NCBI GenBank assembly: GCA_949294335.1
Contig: CASFGO010000011.1
Span: 39,670 to 103,669 of the forward strand
DNA from: an uncultured bacterium
GTDB lineage: Bacteria > Cyanobacteriota > Vampirovibrionia > Gastranaerophilales > Gastranaerophilaceae
Reading direction: 5' to 3'
DNA: 64,000 nucleotides
The translations under genes were made by a program, and so were the position numbers. Shown piece by piece: positions 18,419 through 28,548 of this stretch; the stretch's first letter is position 1, and every line of letters begins with the position of its first letter. The notes beneath the pieces were generated by a model. The model had not been told where the DNA came from. It was given only the letters and a program-made list of their open reading frames with translations, and searched no databases.

Positions 18419-19885
18419 CTAATCAAATTTAAAATTATAAAAATCTTTTTCTAAAAATACTAAAAATGGTATTAATTCTAACCTTCCAATTAGCATATTA
18501 AATACTAATATAAACTTTGATAAAGAATGCATTGATGCAAAACTACTCATCGGTCCAATTATGTGTCCGAATCCAGGGCCAATATTACCTATAGATGTTA
18601 CTGAACTTGATATTCCTATAACAATATCTTTTTCAAGAATTGCTATTGCAAACATTGAAAATAATATAATAGCTAGATAAAACATTACAAAGCCAATTGT
18701 TTGATTTAAAACATCCGGTTGCACAATATTATCATTAACTTTGACATTAATAACAGCATTTGGATGTATTATTTTTCTTAATGCCATTCTCATCATTTTA
18801 TATATAAGCATCCAACGAACAATTTTTATACCACCGCCTGTAGAACTAGCACAGCCACCTGTAAACATTGCTAAAAACAATAATACTTGAGATTCAAAAC
18901 TCCATCTTGCAAAGTCTATACTAGCACTTCCTGTTGATGTCATCAATGAAATTACTTGATAACAACCATGAGTAATTGCCTCAAATATTTTATAATGATC
19001 ATTTAATACAAGAGAAGTTATTACAAGAACAGATATACCTGCAAATATTCCAAAATAGACTCTAAACTCTTCATTTTTCCAAAACAATAATGGATTTAAC
19101 TTTGTGTATGCTCTATGCTGTAAATTAAAACTTGAACCTGCTAAAAATATAAACACCATTATAACCCAGGTAATATAATTAGAATGATATCCCATTGTAC
19201 TTTCTGGATTTGGAGAAAACCCACCCGCTGCAACGGTTGCCATACTATTACATATTGCATCAAATATTGGCATTTTACCTATTAATAATAGAATTATTTC
19301 TAAAACTGTAAGTCCGGCATAAACAACCCATAATGAAGAAGCTGTACTTCGAATTCTAGGAGTAAATTTATCTTCTGTAGGGCCAGGAGATTCAGCAAAA
19401 AACATTTGACGTCCTGCTATAGCAAATTGAGGCAATATGGCAATAAATAACACGATAATCCCCATACCACCTAACCATTGAGTAAAACAACGCCAAAATA
19501 AAATTGCATGAGGTTGTGCAAAATTCGTTAATATAGTTGCTCCTGTTGTAGTAATTCCTGATACTGATTCAAATAAAGAATCAATAAATGGCATTCCTCC
19601 AAAATAATAAGGTAATGCAGCGATTAACCCTGCTAAAACCCAAGAAGTAGTTACTATAAACAATCCTTCATTTCGTTTAATATCATTTAAATTTTTAACA
19701 CCTTTGATTATACCTATCTTTTTTAGAATATAACCAAATGAAATAGCTAAAATTGCTGTAAACAAGAACGGCAACATTGAATAATATTCATGAAATATTA
19801 CTGAAAAAATAATAGGAGAACAAACTAAAATTCCGAAATATGTTAATATTAGCCCAAAACTATATATTAAATAACTTATTCTCAT
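18419..19885 (-). CDS. trkH: Trk-type K+ uptake protein, membrane component TrkH/KtrB
   Basis: Polytopic, with repeated selectivity-filter-like motifs (SGITTTG, AAGGFS, TSTGSAS, STGGGIK). 1-nt overlap with trkA. Confidence 0.9.
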   Translation of the reverse strand: MRISYLIYSFGLILTYFGILVCSPIIFSVIFHEYYSMLPFLFTAILAISFGYILKKIGIIKGVKNLNDIKRNEGLFIVTTSWVLAGLIAALPYYFGGMPFIDSLFESVSGITTTGATILTNFAQPHAILFWRCFTQWLGGMGIIVLFIAILPQFAIAGRQMFFAESPGPTEDKFTPRIRSTASSLWVVYAGLTVLEIILLLIGKMPIFDAICNSMATVAAGGFSPNPESTMGYHSNYITWVIMVFIFLAGSSFNLQHRAYTKLNPLLFWKNEEFRVYFGIFAGISVLVITSLVLNDHYKIFEAITHGCYQVISLMTSTGSASIDFARWSFESQVLLFLAMFTGGCASSTGGGIKIVRWMLIYKMMRMALRKIIHPNAVINVKVNDNIVQPDVLNQTIGFVMFYLAIILFSMFAIAILEKDIVIGISSSVTSIGNIGPGFGHIIGPMSSFASMHSLSKFILVFNMLIGRLELIPFLVFLEKDFYNFKFD

Positions 19886-21222
19886 TAGTTCCCCTTAAAA
19901 AATTCCTTTATTTGAGGTGCATTTGTGTTAGTTGTAAAAATGATTAATATATCTTTTTTCATTACAAGTGTATCACCCTTAGGAATAATAACTCTATTAC
20001 GTCTTTTAATAGTACCAACAATTGCTTTAACTGGCATTCTTAAATCTTTAATTTTTATATCTTCAAATGTTTCAGGAACTATTATTTCTAATACTTCACC
20101 TTGGCCTTGTTCTACAGTTGCAAGAATATCAACATTAGTTTCATATAAATCATTCTTAACTTCATTTAATGCAGCATTATTAGGAGATACTGCAACATCT
20201 ATACCAACTTTTTCAAATAAAGGTATGTTCAAGTTCTTTGAAACCCTTGAAATAACTCTTTTAACTCCTAATTGCTTTGCCAATAGAGAACATAATAAAT
20301 TTTTCTCATCATTGTTTGTTACACTTACAACTACATCACAATCACTAATTTCTTCTTCATCTAATAATGATAAATTTGTACCATCACCATTTATAACAAG
20401 CGTATTAGATAATTCTTGAGCTAAAATTTCACATCTTTGTATATTCTTTTCAATTACTTTCGCTTTAATTTTTATTTCTTCAAGATTCCTAGCAAGCATT
20501 AAACCAATTGTTCCACCACCAATTATACATACGGATTTAACAAACTCTTTTTCATGGAAAAAAGTACCAGCTAACTTATCTAATTGGTGAGCTAACCCCA
20601 TAAATATAACTTTATCTTCTTTTTCAAAAATTGTTTCTCCTGTTGGAATAAACAATTCAGAATCTCTTGTAATTCCAACAATAATAGTATGTTCGGGAAA
20701 TGCACAATCTCTAATTTTTTGATTCAGTAAAACAGAATTTTCATTAAGCTTATATTCTAATAATCTAGCCTTACCATCTGCAAAATTTTCTACATCTAAA
20801 GCTTGAGCAACAGTTATAATTCTAAAAATTTCTTGAGTTAATAATTCTGCAGACCAAATTATATAGTCAATAAACATATCACAAGAATAATCACTCTCTT
20901 TATTCTCCAAGGTTGATTTATACTCTTCCTTGTTTACAAAACAAATAGTCTTGATTCCAGAAACCCTTTTAGCTGCCAAACAAGCAACAATATTCAATTC
21001 ATCTGAATCTGTACAAGACAAGAACACATCAGCATTTCTTATATCAGCTTGTTTAAGGGTATCAATACTTGTTGCATTACCTTGAACATATCCGATATCT
21101 AATTTATTAAAATCCTTTGTGATGTTATCTTCGTTATCAATAATTGTAACGTCGTGGTCTTCGAAAAACTCAGTTGCGATTAAACAACCTAATTCTGTCG
21201 CACCAAATATTATTATTTTCAT
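19885..21222 (-). CDS. trkA: Trk system NAD-binding regulatory protein TrkA (double RCK)
   Basis: Two Rossmann motifs (KIIIFGATELG and CIIGGGTIG), each followed by an RCK_C-like segment. 445 aa. Confidence 0.9.
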   Translation of the reverse strand: MKIIIFGATELGCLIATEFFEDHDVTIIDNEDNITKDFNKLDIGYVQGNATSIDTLKQADIRNADVFLSCTDSDELNIVACLAAKRVSGIKTICFVNKEEYKSTLENKESDYSCDMFIDYIIWSAELLTQEIFRIITVAQALDVENFADGKARLLEYKLNENSVLLNQKIRDCAFPEHTIIVGITRDSELFIPTGETIFEKEDKVIFMGLAHQLDKLAGTFFHEKEFVKSVCIIGGGTIGLMLARNLEEIKIKAKVIEKNIQRCEILAQELSNTLVINGDGTNLSLLDEEEISDCDVVVSVTNNDEKNLLCSLLAKQLGVKRVISRVSKNLNIPLFEKVGIDVAVSPNNAALNEVKNDLYETNVDILATVEQGQGEVLEIIVPETFEDIKIKDLRMPVKAIVGTIKRRNRVIIPKGDTLVMKKDILIIFTTNTNAPQIKEFFKGN

Positions 21223-21283
21223 GCCTTTGAATATACTTCAAGGGACAAAAGAAGTCAATTATATACATATTTTGTAAACCCTC

Positions 21284-21312
21284 TTCACAAGAACACGTTG
21301 TTGAGTTACAAT
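21284..21312 (+). promoter_or_regulatory. Candidate sigma-70 promoter for the ClpX-ZnF operon
   Basis: TTCACA (21284-21289), a 17-nt spacer, then TACAAT (21307-21312). An AAGGAG SD at 21323-21328 precedes the ATG at 21336. Confidence 0.45.
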
Positions 21313-21335
21313 AGGAACAAATAAGGAGCTTTATA

Positions 21336-21626
21336 ATGAGCGAAGACAAAATAGTACGTTTAGGTTCAAAAAAACACGAAAAAAAACACAAAGAACATGA
21401 AGTTGAGCATGATCATTCACATGAAGAAAATCACATTAAAGAACCTATTTATTGCAGTTTTTGCGGACGCCCAAACACACAAGTTGTTAAAATGGTTCAA
21501 GGACCCGGTGTTAATATATGTTCTGAATGTACAATGATTGCTGTTCAATACTTAATATTAAATGATAGAATGCCTTCAGCTGAAGCACAAGCAATACTTG
21601 ATGCTTTCTGGGGTAAATGTAGGTGA
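21336..21626 (+). CDS. Standalone ClpX-type C4 zinc-finger protein with a His-rich N-terminus (no AAA+ module)
   Basis: YCSFCGRPNTQVVKMVQGPGVNICSECTMIAVQYL matches the ClpX N-terminal zinc-binding-domain pattern (CxxC...CxxC). There are 7 His between residues 14 and 33. Only 96 aa. Confidence 0.7.
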   Translation: MSEDKIVRLGSKKHEKKHKEHEVEHDHSHEENHIKEPIYCSFCGRPNTQVVKMVQGPGVNICSECTMIAVQYLILNDRMPSAEAQAILDAFWGKCR

Positions 21627-21629
21627 TAA

Positions 21630-23222
21630 ATGAATAAGATTCAAATTAAGGCAGAAATTTTAACATTAATTACAAAATTACAAACAACTACAGCCGTTTC
21701 AGATGAAATGTTTGCTCTTCTTGATGCAGAAGAAGACAAACAGGCCGTTATGGATGTTTTACTAAAAGAACTTGCTCGAGCAAAAGAACAAAAAGCTTTT
21801 GTAATTTGTTATATGCTTACAAGATTATTTAATAAAGATATGCTTAATTCTTCTCTTAGAGAATTTATCAGAACCCCGAAAATTAATGATTATGCCAAAA
21901 TGGTAGCATTCAATCTTTTAAGAGATATTGGAAGTGAAATACAATATGATGAAGTAAATGGTTATTTTACCGAATTTGAACAAATTGTAGACGAAGAAAC
22001 AAAACAACTTCTAAATACTGCAATAATGAATCCTGAAGCTCAAATCGATTTTATGGATTTCTTATTAGCATTACCTCCTGAAGAACAAATGATTTTAATT
22101 AAATCATTAAACGAAGATTATAGCCATGATGCTCTTGCTAATATACTAATACCAATATTCTTATATAATCCAAAATCAGATTTGGCAAAAGAAGTTATTA
22201 GTTTATTAGCAAATTCAAAATCTCAATTAGCATTTCACGCTTTTGAAGATGCTAAAGAATATGTATCAGAAGATTTATTTCCATTAATTAATAAAGGATT
22301 ATCAACTCTAAAAATAGCAGGTATTAGAGTTGATAACACTATTGAATTTTACAAAGAAATACTAAAAGCGTCTAAGCCTTATAAATCATATATTAGTTAT
22401 CCTGATGGACACGGAAACAATGCAATAGTGTTCTCGAGAAAAAGACCTGATGAGACATTGCAATTTGTCGCAATGGTAATCAATGATAAATATGGTGTGC
22501 TAGATTGCTTTGGATTTAACGAAATAACTGATTTTGATTTCAGTAGAATTATTGACAGATTTTTTGGAGACAATGGAAAAGTTGAAATAGATCCAAGAGT
22601 TTTAAAATATCTAATTGATGAAGCTGAAAAATTATCAAGATACAACATGGATATTCTACCTTATGAATATGTTTGTTGGAAAAACATACTACTTGATATA
22701 GAAACTAAACAACCTCATTGTAGTATTACACAAAAAGAAATAACTAAAGAAGAAATCGATGCGATAGCATTATTAGATTTTGTTCAACATTGGTTCTATG
22801 ATACAGAAACATCAGATGGTTTTAAAGTTTTTATTGAAAAGTTGAACAAAGAGCTATTAAAAAATGAATTCAATGTAGATTATGATAATTATATTAAAGC
22901 CCACTTTGACACAGTATATACTGAAGAAGAAAAAATGTTATGGGATAGAAGGTTCTATTTTTCAGCATACTTAAGTGAATTAAGAGCAAAAAATTCTGAG
23001 TCTCAATTATTATTATCATTACAAGGTAACACTGAATTTCTAAGAAATATTCTAAGAAAAAGTATTTATGAATATTACGTTGGTCAACGTTGGTTACTAG
23101 CAAATACAAAGAATACAAAATCAATGTTTAACAGAAACAATGATAAAGGATCTATTGGACTTGAATTAATGCAACTTGATATGATTATTGCATCAATTGA
23201 AAATATATGGGTTAAAGCATAA
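21630..23222 (+). CDS. Hypothetical 530-aa protein, predicted mostly alpha-helical, no recognised domain
   Basis: Long ORF starting 3 nt after the ZnF gene stop (likely co-translated). No TM segment, signal peptide or catalytic motif recognised. Confidence 0.65.
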   Translation: MNKIQIKAEILTLITKLQTTTAVSDEMFALLDAEEDKQAVMDVLLKELARAKEQKAFVICYMLTRLFNKDMLNSSLREFIRTPKINDYAKMVAFNLLRDIGSEIQYDEVNGYFTEFEQIVDEETKQLLNTAIMNPEAQIDFMDFLLALPPEEQMILIKSLNEDYSHDALANILIPIFLYNPKSDLAKEVISLLANSKSQLAFHAFEDAKEYVSEDLFPLINKGLSTLKIAGIRVDNTIEFYKEILKASKPYKSYISYPDGHGNNAIVFSRKRPDETLQFVAMVINDKYGVLDCFGFNEITDFDFSRIIDRFFGDNGKVEIDPRVLKYLIDEAEKLSRYNMDILPYEYVCWKNILLDIETKQPHCSITQKEITKEEIDAIALLDFVQHWFYDTETSDGFKVFIEKLNKELLKNEFNVDYDNYIKAHFDTVYTEEEKMLWDRRFYFSAYLSELRAKNSESQLLLSLQGNTEFLRNILRKSIYEYYVGQRWLLANTKNTKSMFNRNNDKGSIGLELMQLDMIIASIENIWVKA

Positions 23223-23223
23223 T

Positions 23224-23622
23224 ATGAACAAAATTATGGCTTTAGATATCGGTACAAAACGAATTGGAGTTGCATTAAGTGATTTTCTCCATATAACAGC
23301 CAATGCTCATTCTTGTGTATTAAGAGAACCTGAAAAAGAAGCAATAAATAAAATAATTAAAATAGCAAAAGAAAATAAAGTTGAAACAATCGTTGTAGGT
23401 GTTCCTGTAAATATGGATGGGACTTATGGATTTCAATCAGAGGATTGCAAAACTTTTGCTGGTAAATTAAAAGATTTTGATATAGTATTTGAAGATGAAC
23501 GATTAACATCAGAACAAGCAGAAGAAAATCTAAGAAAACGAAAAATTGATTTTCGAAAAAATAAAGAACTTGTTGATATTGAAAGTGCTTGTATAATTTT
23601 AGAACAATATTTAAGAAAGTGA
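23224..23622 (+). CDS. ruvX: Holliday-junction-resolvase-like / pre-16S rRNA nuclease RuvX (YqgF)
   Basis: IMALDIGTKRIGVALSD...VVGVPVNMDG...DERLTS are the YqgF family motifs. Start moved to ATG 23224, just after the upstream stop at 23220-23222. Confidence 0.85.
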   Translation: MNKIMALDIGTKRIGVALSDFLHITANAHSCVLREPEKEAINKIIKIAKENKVETIVVGVPVNMDGTYGFQSEDCKTFAGKLKDFDIVFEDERLTSEQAEENLRKRKIDFRKNKELVDIESACIILEQYLRK

Positions 23623-23630
23623 GATATAAT

Positions 23631-23900
23631 ATGACAGCAGATATGAACGAAGACCAAATAATTGAAACAATGACAGAAGATGGTGAAGTTGTTCAATTTA
23701 AGTTATTTGACATCATTGAATTTGAAGAAAAAGAATATGCGCTATTATTACCTGTTGATACAGATGATAGTGATGAAGATGAAATTGTTTTAATGCGTCT
23801 TACTAAAGAAGAAGACGACTATTTATTTGAAACAATTGACGATGATGATGAATTTGAAAGAGTATCAGAATATATTGAAAGTATAGATGACGAGGAATAA
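23631..23900 (+). CDS. DUF1292 family acidic protein
   Basis: EDGEVVQFKLFDIIEFEEKEYALLLPVD...EIVLMRL is the DUF1292 pattern. The ruvX-DUF1292 neighbourhood is conserved in Firmicutes. Start set at ATG 23631, after the ruvX stop. Confidence 0.75.
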   Translation: MTADMNEDQIIETMTEDGEVVQFKLFDIIEFEEKEYALLLPVDTDDSDEDEIVLMRLTKEEDDYLFETIDDDDEFERVSEYIESIDDEE

Positions 23901-23904
23901 GTAA

Positions 23905-25242
23905 TTGTTAGAAAAGTTTACTGAACAATCTGTAAATACAGTATCAGAATCGCAAAATTACGCGATAGAACTAGGAAGTTCTGAAGTTTCTCCAGAGCAT
24001 TTATTATATGCTTTAGTTAAAGAAGCAAAAGGAATTCCTTTAAGATTATTTAAAAACGCAAACATAACAATAGAAAACATTGATGAACAAATAAAAAAAT
24101 ATGTTTCTCAATCTTCTAACAAATTTTCACAACTTCCATTTAATAATAATTATAAAGAAATCCTAAAAAAATCTATGGATATGGCAAAAGTTTCAGGACA
24201 TCAAAACATCATGTTTGAACATTTATTCTTAGCTTTATTGTCAGAAAAAGTATCTAATGTTCAAACAATATTGGAAGAATTTGATTTTGATACATACAAA
24301 GCAAAAGATTTACTAAGTAAACTTGTTCAAAAAAAACAAAAGCGTTTAGAACATCCAGAAGGAGAGGAAAAAGAGAGAAAAAATATTGTAGATTATATTT
24401 ATGACGATTCAGAAGTTGCTCCAATATTTGCTCGAGCAATATCAAAATTATCTACATCTGATTATGAAATATTAGGCACAGAACAAATACTAGCATCTAT
24501 TTTAGAAGATTCTGATTCAAATTTATCAAAAATATTTGAAACTTTTGGAGTTACAGCATTAAGTTTTGATGAGCAATTAAAAACAATTAATTCTAGGACT
24601 GCAGAATATGATTCTAAAAGGGTTGTATTTACTCCAAAAGCATTTGTTGCTATGAGTACAGCTCTTCAAATTGCAAAAGAATTAGGCTCTTCAAAAGTTT
24701 TACCAGAACATTTAGCATTAGGTATTCTAAAAAGCAAAAAAGGTGTAGCATACGAAGTTCTTGAACAATTAAATGTAAAAGAAGAAGATTTAGTTAATGC
24801 AATAATAAAACCTATTGAAAAACAAATGCCAGAAACACTTGTTATACTTAAATTAGCTAAAGAAGAAGCTAGAAGAATTGGGAAAAAGGTAGTTGGTACA
24901 GAAATGCTTCTCTTAGGAATAATTTCAGAAGGTGCAGGTGTTGGAGCTAGAGTTCTTAACAAATTAGAAATAACATTACAAGATGCAAGAAAAATCATCG
25001 AATCTCAATTAGGTTATGGAAACGATTATTTTGATAGTGAAATTGTATTTACAAAACGTGCTAAAGCTGTTCTTGAAAGAGCTTGGGAACTAGCTAAAAA
25101 AGAAAATCGAGAACGAATTGCATCAGAAGATTTGTTACTTGCTATTACTGCAGATCCATCAGCTCTAGCAATGAAAATATTAGAACAACTTGGAGTTGAT
25201 GCTGTAGAAATTAAATATGGTATATTAAAAGAGATTGAATAA
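23905..25242 (+). CDS. Clp N-terminal (Clp_N/Clp R) repeat protein: three double-repeat N-domains, no ATPase
   Basis: Six repeat cores: SPEHLLYAL, MFEHLFLAL, GTEQILASIL, LPEHLALGIL, GTEMLLLGII and ASEDLLLAIT, each followed by a short helix-loop. No Walker A/B anywhere in 445 aa. TTG start at 23905. Confidence 0.75.
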   Translation: MLEKFTEQSVNTVSESQNYAIELGSSEVSPEHLLYALVKEAKGIPLRLFKNANITIENIDEQIKKYVSQSSNKFSQLPFNNNYKEILKKSMDMAKVSGHQNIMFEHLFLALLSEKVSNVQTILEEFDFDTYKAKDLLSKLVQKKQKRLEHPEGEEKERKNIVDYIYDDSEVAPIFARAISKLSTSDYEILGTEQILASILEDSDSNLSKIFETFGVTALSFDEQLKTINSRTAEYDSKRVVFTPKAFVAMSTALQIAKELGSSKVLPEHLALGILKSKKGVAYEVLEQLNVKEEDLVNAIIKPIEKQMPETLVILKLAKEEARRIGKKVVGTEMLLLGIISEGAGVGARVLNKLEITLQDARKIIESQLGYGNDYFDSEIVFTKRAKAVLERAWELAKKENRERIASEDLLLAITADPSALAMKILEQLGVDAVEIKYGILKEIE

Positions 25243-25244
25243 TT

Positions 25245-26579
25245 TTGAAAGATAAGATTTTATATTTTCTAAATAAGCATAATCTTTATAATAAAACACT
25301 TATTGTTGGTTTTTCTGGTGGACACGATTCTATGTGCCTTTTAGATATATTATACAAATTAGAAAATACAACAAATATAAAATTAATTGCAGCACATTTC
25401 AATCACAATTGGCGAGGAGAAGAGTCAAAACAAGAACAAGAAGTCTGTAGAAAATTCTGTGAAGACAGAAATATTATTTTCTATACCAAAACAGCCTCTC
25501 TTAATATGAAACAATCTGAAGCAGTTGCAAGAGCTATGCGATATGATTTCTTCGATAAGGCAATAAAAGAATTTAATGCAGATGGATTAATAACTGCTCA
25601 TAATAAAAATGATAATGCCGAAACTGTTTTGTACAGGGTAATTAAAGGAACTGGAATAAAAGGTTTAAAGGGAATTGCCGAACAAAGAGATTATATATAT
25701 CGACCATTATTAGATATTACAAGAAATGATATTGATAAATATTGTAAAAATAATAACCTCACTCCTAATAACGATTCATCTAATGAAAATATAAAATATA
25801 AAAGAAATTTTATAAGACATAAATTATTACCATTAGCAACAGAAATTAATGAAAATGCAATCGATTCTATAGTTTCTTTATCAAAAATTGCAACAGATGA
25901 GTCAAATATTATTGATGAATATATGGAATACGTAAAATCTGCAGTAATACAAGATGGGAATATATTAACTCATAATTATCTAGCACTATCTGAGCCTGTA
26001 AAACGAAGATTATTATATGATTTGATAACATCATATAATATTGATTACGATTCAGAAAAAATTTATAATTTGTATGAATTTATAAAAGATAATATATCTT
26101 CAAATAGTGGAGTTAAAACTTCTCTTACTAAAGGATTATGGCTATATGTAAGTTCTAGAACTATAGAAATTATTACTAAAACAGAAAAAGTAGAAGATGA
26201 AATTTTAGTTAGATTAGAAGGAACTTATGAAATAGGGAATAAAATTTTTGAAATTTCAACATACGCAGGTGAAAATATTAAAGAATTCCCTGATGACAAC
26301 TCATATACTGCATTTATAAATCTTGGTGATATAGATTTAGATTTCACTTTAAGAACTCGAAGAGATGGAGATATTATCAATCCTTTGGGGATGGCAGGAA
26401 GCATGAAATTAAAAAAATATTTAATTTCTAAATCAGTTCCTCAACATAAAAAAGATAATTTAATTTTATTATGCAAAGATAATGAAGTCCTTTGGGTTGC
26501 AGGATTAGGTTTAAGTAATAAAATTCATGTAAAAGATACACCAACTCATAAAATTAGCTTAAGAGGTAAAAAACTATGA
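25245..26579 (+). CDS. tilS: tRNA(Ile)-lysidine synthase
   Basis: PP-loop VGFSGGHDS with HFNHNWRG downstream. 444 aa. TTG start, with no in-frame ATG before the PP-loop. The conserved tilS-hpt pairing is present. Confidence 0.9.
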   Translation: MKDKILYFLNKHNLYNKTLIVGFSGGHDSMCLLDILYKLENTTNIKLIAAHFNHNWRGEESKQEQEVCRKFCEDRNIIFYTKTASLNMKQSEAVARAMRYDFFDKAIKEFNADGLITAHNKNDNAETVLYRVIKGTGIKGLKGIAEQRDYIYRPLLDITRNDIDKYCKNNNLTPNNDSSNENIKYKRNFIRHKLLPLATEINENAIDSIVSLSKIATDESNIIDEYMEYVKSAVIQDGNILTHNYLALSEPVKRRLLYDLITSYNIDYDSEKIYNLYEFIKDNISSNSGVKTSLTKGLWLYVSSRTIEIITKTEKVEDEILVRLEGTYEIGNKIFEISTYAGENIKEFPDDNSYTAFINLGDIDLDFTLRTRRDGDIINPLGMAGSMKLKKYLISKSVPQHKKDNLILLCKDNEVLWVAGLGLSNKIHVKDTPTHKISLRGKKL

Positions 26580-27109
26580 TGATTACACCAGATGATATAC
26601 ATGTTTTATATTCAGAAGAAGATCTTCAAAAAAGAATAAAAGCATTGGCAGATGAACTAAATAAACACTATAACGGAGAAGAAATTTTTGCTGTATGTGT
26701 GCTTAAAGGTTCTGTAATGTTCTTCACTGATTTAGTTAAACATTTAACAATGCCTTTGAAAATGGAATTCATTAGATTATCTAGTTATGGTTCTAATTAC
26801 TCTTCATCAGGAAAAGTTAAAGCAGTAAATTTATCTTTACCGGATATTAATGATAAAAACGTACTAATCGTAGAAGATATTATTGATACAGGGCATACTG
26901 CGAAATTTTTATTAGATTTTATTGGACATAATTTTAAAACAAAAACTACAAAGTTTTGCTCTCTATTAAACAAAAAATCAAAAAGAGTGGTAGATGTAGA
27001 TGCAGATTTTTCAGGTTTTATTGTAGAAGACAAATTTTTAGTCGGCTATGGTTTAGATTTTGAAGGATTTTATCGTAATATTCCATATATAGGTTATGTA
27101 GATGTATAA
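26576..27109 (+). CDS. hpt: Hypoxanthine(-guanine) phosphoribosyltransferase
   Basis: PRPP-binding motif VLIVEDIIDTGHT. 177 aa. 4-nt overlap with tilS. Confidence 0.9.
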   Translation: MMITPDDIHVLYSEEDLQKRIKALADELNKHYNGEEIFAVCVLKGSVMFFTDLVKHLTMPLKMEFIRLSSYGSNYSSSGKVKAVNLSLPDINDKNVLIVEDIIDTGHTAKFLLDFIGHNFKTKTTKFCSLLNKKSKRVVDVDADFSGFIVEDKFLVGYGLDFEGFYRNIPYIGYVDV

Positions 27110-27749
27110 TGTAGCTTTCATTCCTGTTCGAAAAGGTAGTAAATCAATTATCAATAAAAATATAAGCCCAGTAAATCATAAACCATTAATATACTGGACA
27201 ACATTAGCTGCTCAAGTTTCTAACCTTGATAAAGTTTACGTTTCAACTGATGGAGAAGATATAAAAAATACTGTTGAAGAATTTGGATTTAATAAAGTTG
27301 AAGTAATACCAAGAAGTGAATATTCATCATCTGATACAGCAACCTCAGAAACAGCATTGATAGAATTCTGCGAGAATTATAAATTTGACAATGTCGTATT
27401 CTTACAAGCAACATCTCCATTAACTACTGCAGTAGACATAAATAAAGCATTAGAAAAATATTTAAAATCAGATAAAAAATCATTAATTTCTGCGGTAAAA
27501 CGTTCTCAATTTATATGGGGAGTAAATGGAGAACCATTAAATTATAACCCTAACAACAGACCAAGAAGACAAGATTGGGATGGATATTACATTGAAAATG
27601 GAGCATTTTACATTTCATCAAGAGAAAATATTTTAAAATCACAATGCAGAATAACTCCTCCTGTAGATTTTTGGGAAATGAATGATAAAACACTATTTGA
27701 AATAGATAACCCACAAGATATTGAATTAATTGAAAAGTTATTTAATTAA
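27102..27749 (+). CDS. Acylneuraminate/nonulosonate cytidylyltransferase-family protein (CTP_transf_3)
   Basis: AFIPVRKGSKSIINKN...LQATSPL...RRQD...ENGAFYI matches the CMP-sugar synthetase (NeuA/KdsB-like) pattern. The sugar substrate is unknown. Confidence 0.7.
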   Translation: MYNVAFIPVRKGSKSIINKNISPVNHKPLIYWTTLAAQVSNLDKVYVSTDGEDIKNTVEEFGFNKVEVIPRSEYSSSDTATSETALIEFCENYKFDNVVFLQATSPLTTAVDINKALEKYLKSDKKSLISAVKRSQFIWGVNGEPLNYNPNNRPRRQDWDGYYIENGAFYISSRENILKSQCRITPPVDFWEMNDKTLFEIDNPQDIELIEKLFN

Positions 27750-27820
27750 TTTTATCCATTTGTCTTTTCATATAAAATAGTTATAATAATAAAATATAGC
27801 GATTTATTAAGAGAGTGAGT

Positions 27821-28492
27821 ATGAAAAGATTTTTATTAACATTATTATCAATATTTTTTGTATCAACACCTGCATTCAGCTGGGGAGATCCTGAGCCAGT
27901 TCCACCAACAGTTAAATTACCATCTAAATATACCCAAGAATATATTAAGTACATAACAGAAGAATACAAATGTACTGGCAAACATGAACTTATATATGTA
28001 GCGATAGATATGTTGAAAGGAACAGAAGGAGATTTTTCAAGAAAAGCATTATTAGGAAACAATTTATCAGGATATCCAGTAAAAATTGAATTTAAAGATT
28101 TATCAACAATAAATAAAGATTATGCTGATTTTGATGCGATTGGATGGAAGAAAAAGAAAAAATTATACATATATATCAATCCAAAACATCAATATGCACC
28201 ACCAGGAGCATTAGCAGCTTTATTAGCGCATGAGGCATTACATCAAGATGAATATAATTCATTATCTGAAGAAACTTATGCTTGGACTATGGAAGCTGCA
28301 GTATGGTGTGAAATGAGAGATTTATACCCTGAATCAAACAAAGAAGATGATCCTTTAGTTAAACGTGAAAATACCTTAAAACAATTATTTGAAAAAGGTG
28401 GATACACAAATCAATACATAAAAAAAGCAGTATATGCAAATAAAGGATATCAAGGGCTACCATTGACATCTCCAGGTTTTCAAGAACTATAA
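27821..28492 (+). CDS. Secreted hypothetical protein with an HExxH motif (putative small zinc metallopeptidase)
   Basis: Signal peptide MKRFLLTLLSIFFVSTPAFS. LLAHEALHQDE is followed by acidic residues (SEETYAWTMEAA). Start set at ATG 27821 rather than GTG 27815. Confidence 0.5.
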   Translation: MKRFLLTLLSIFFVSTPAFSWGDPEPVPPTVKLPSKYTQEYIKYITEEYKCTGKHELIYVAIDMLKGTEGDFSRKALLGNNLSGYPVKIEFKDLSTINKDYADFDAIGWKKKKKLYIYINPKHQYAPPGALAALLAHEALHQDEYNSLSEETYAWTMEAAVWCEMRDLYPESNKEDDPLVKRENTLKQLFEKGGYTNQYIKKAVYANKGYQGLPLTSPGFQEL

Positions 28493-28548
28493 AAATAATT
28501 ACCTTATTGTGTATTGATTAATATTTTTCCTTGATGTTAAATTAACTT

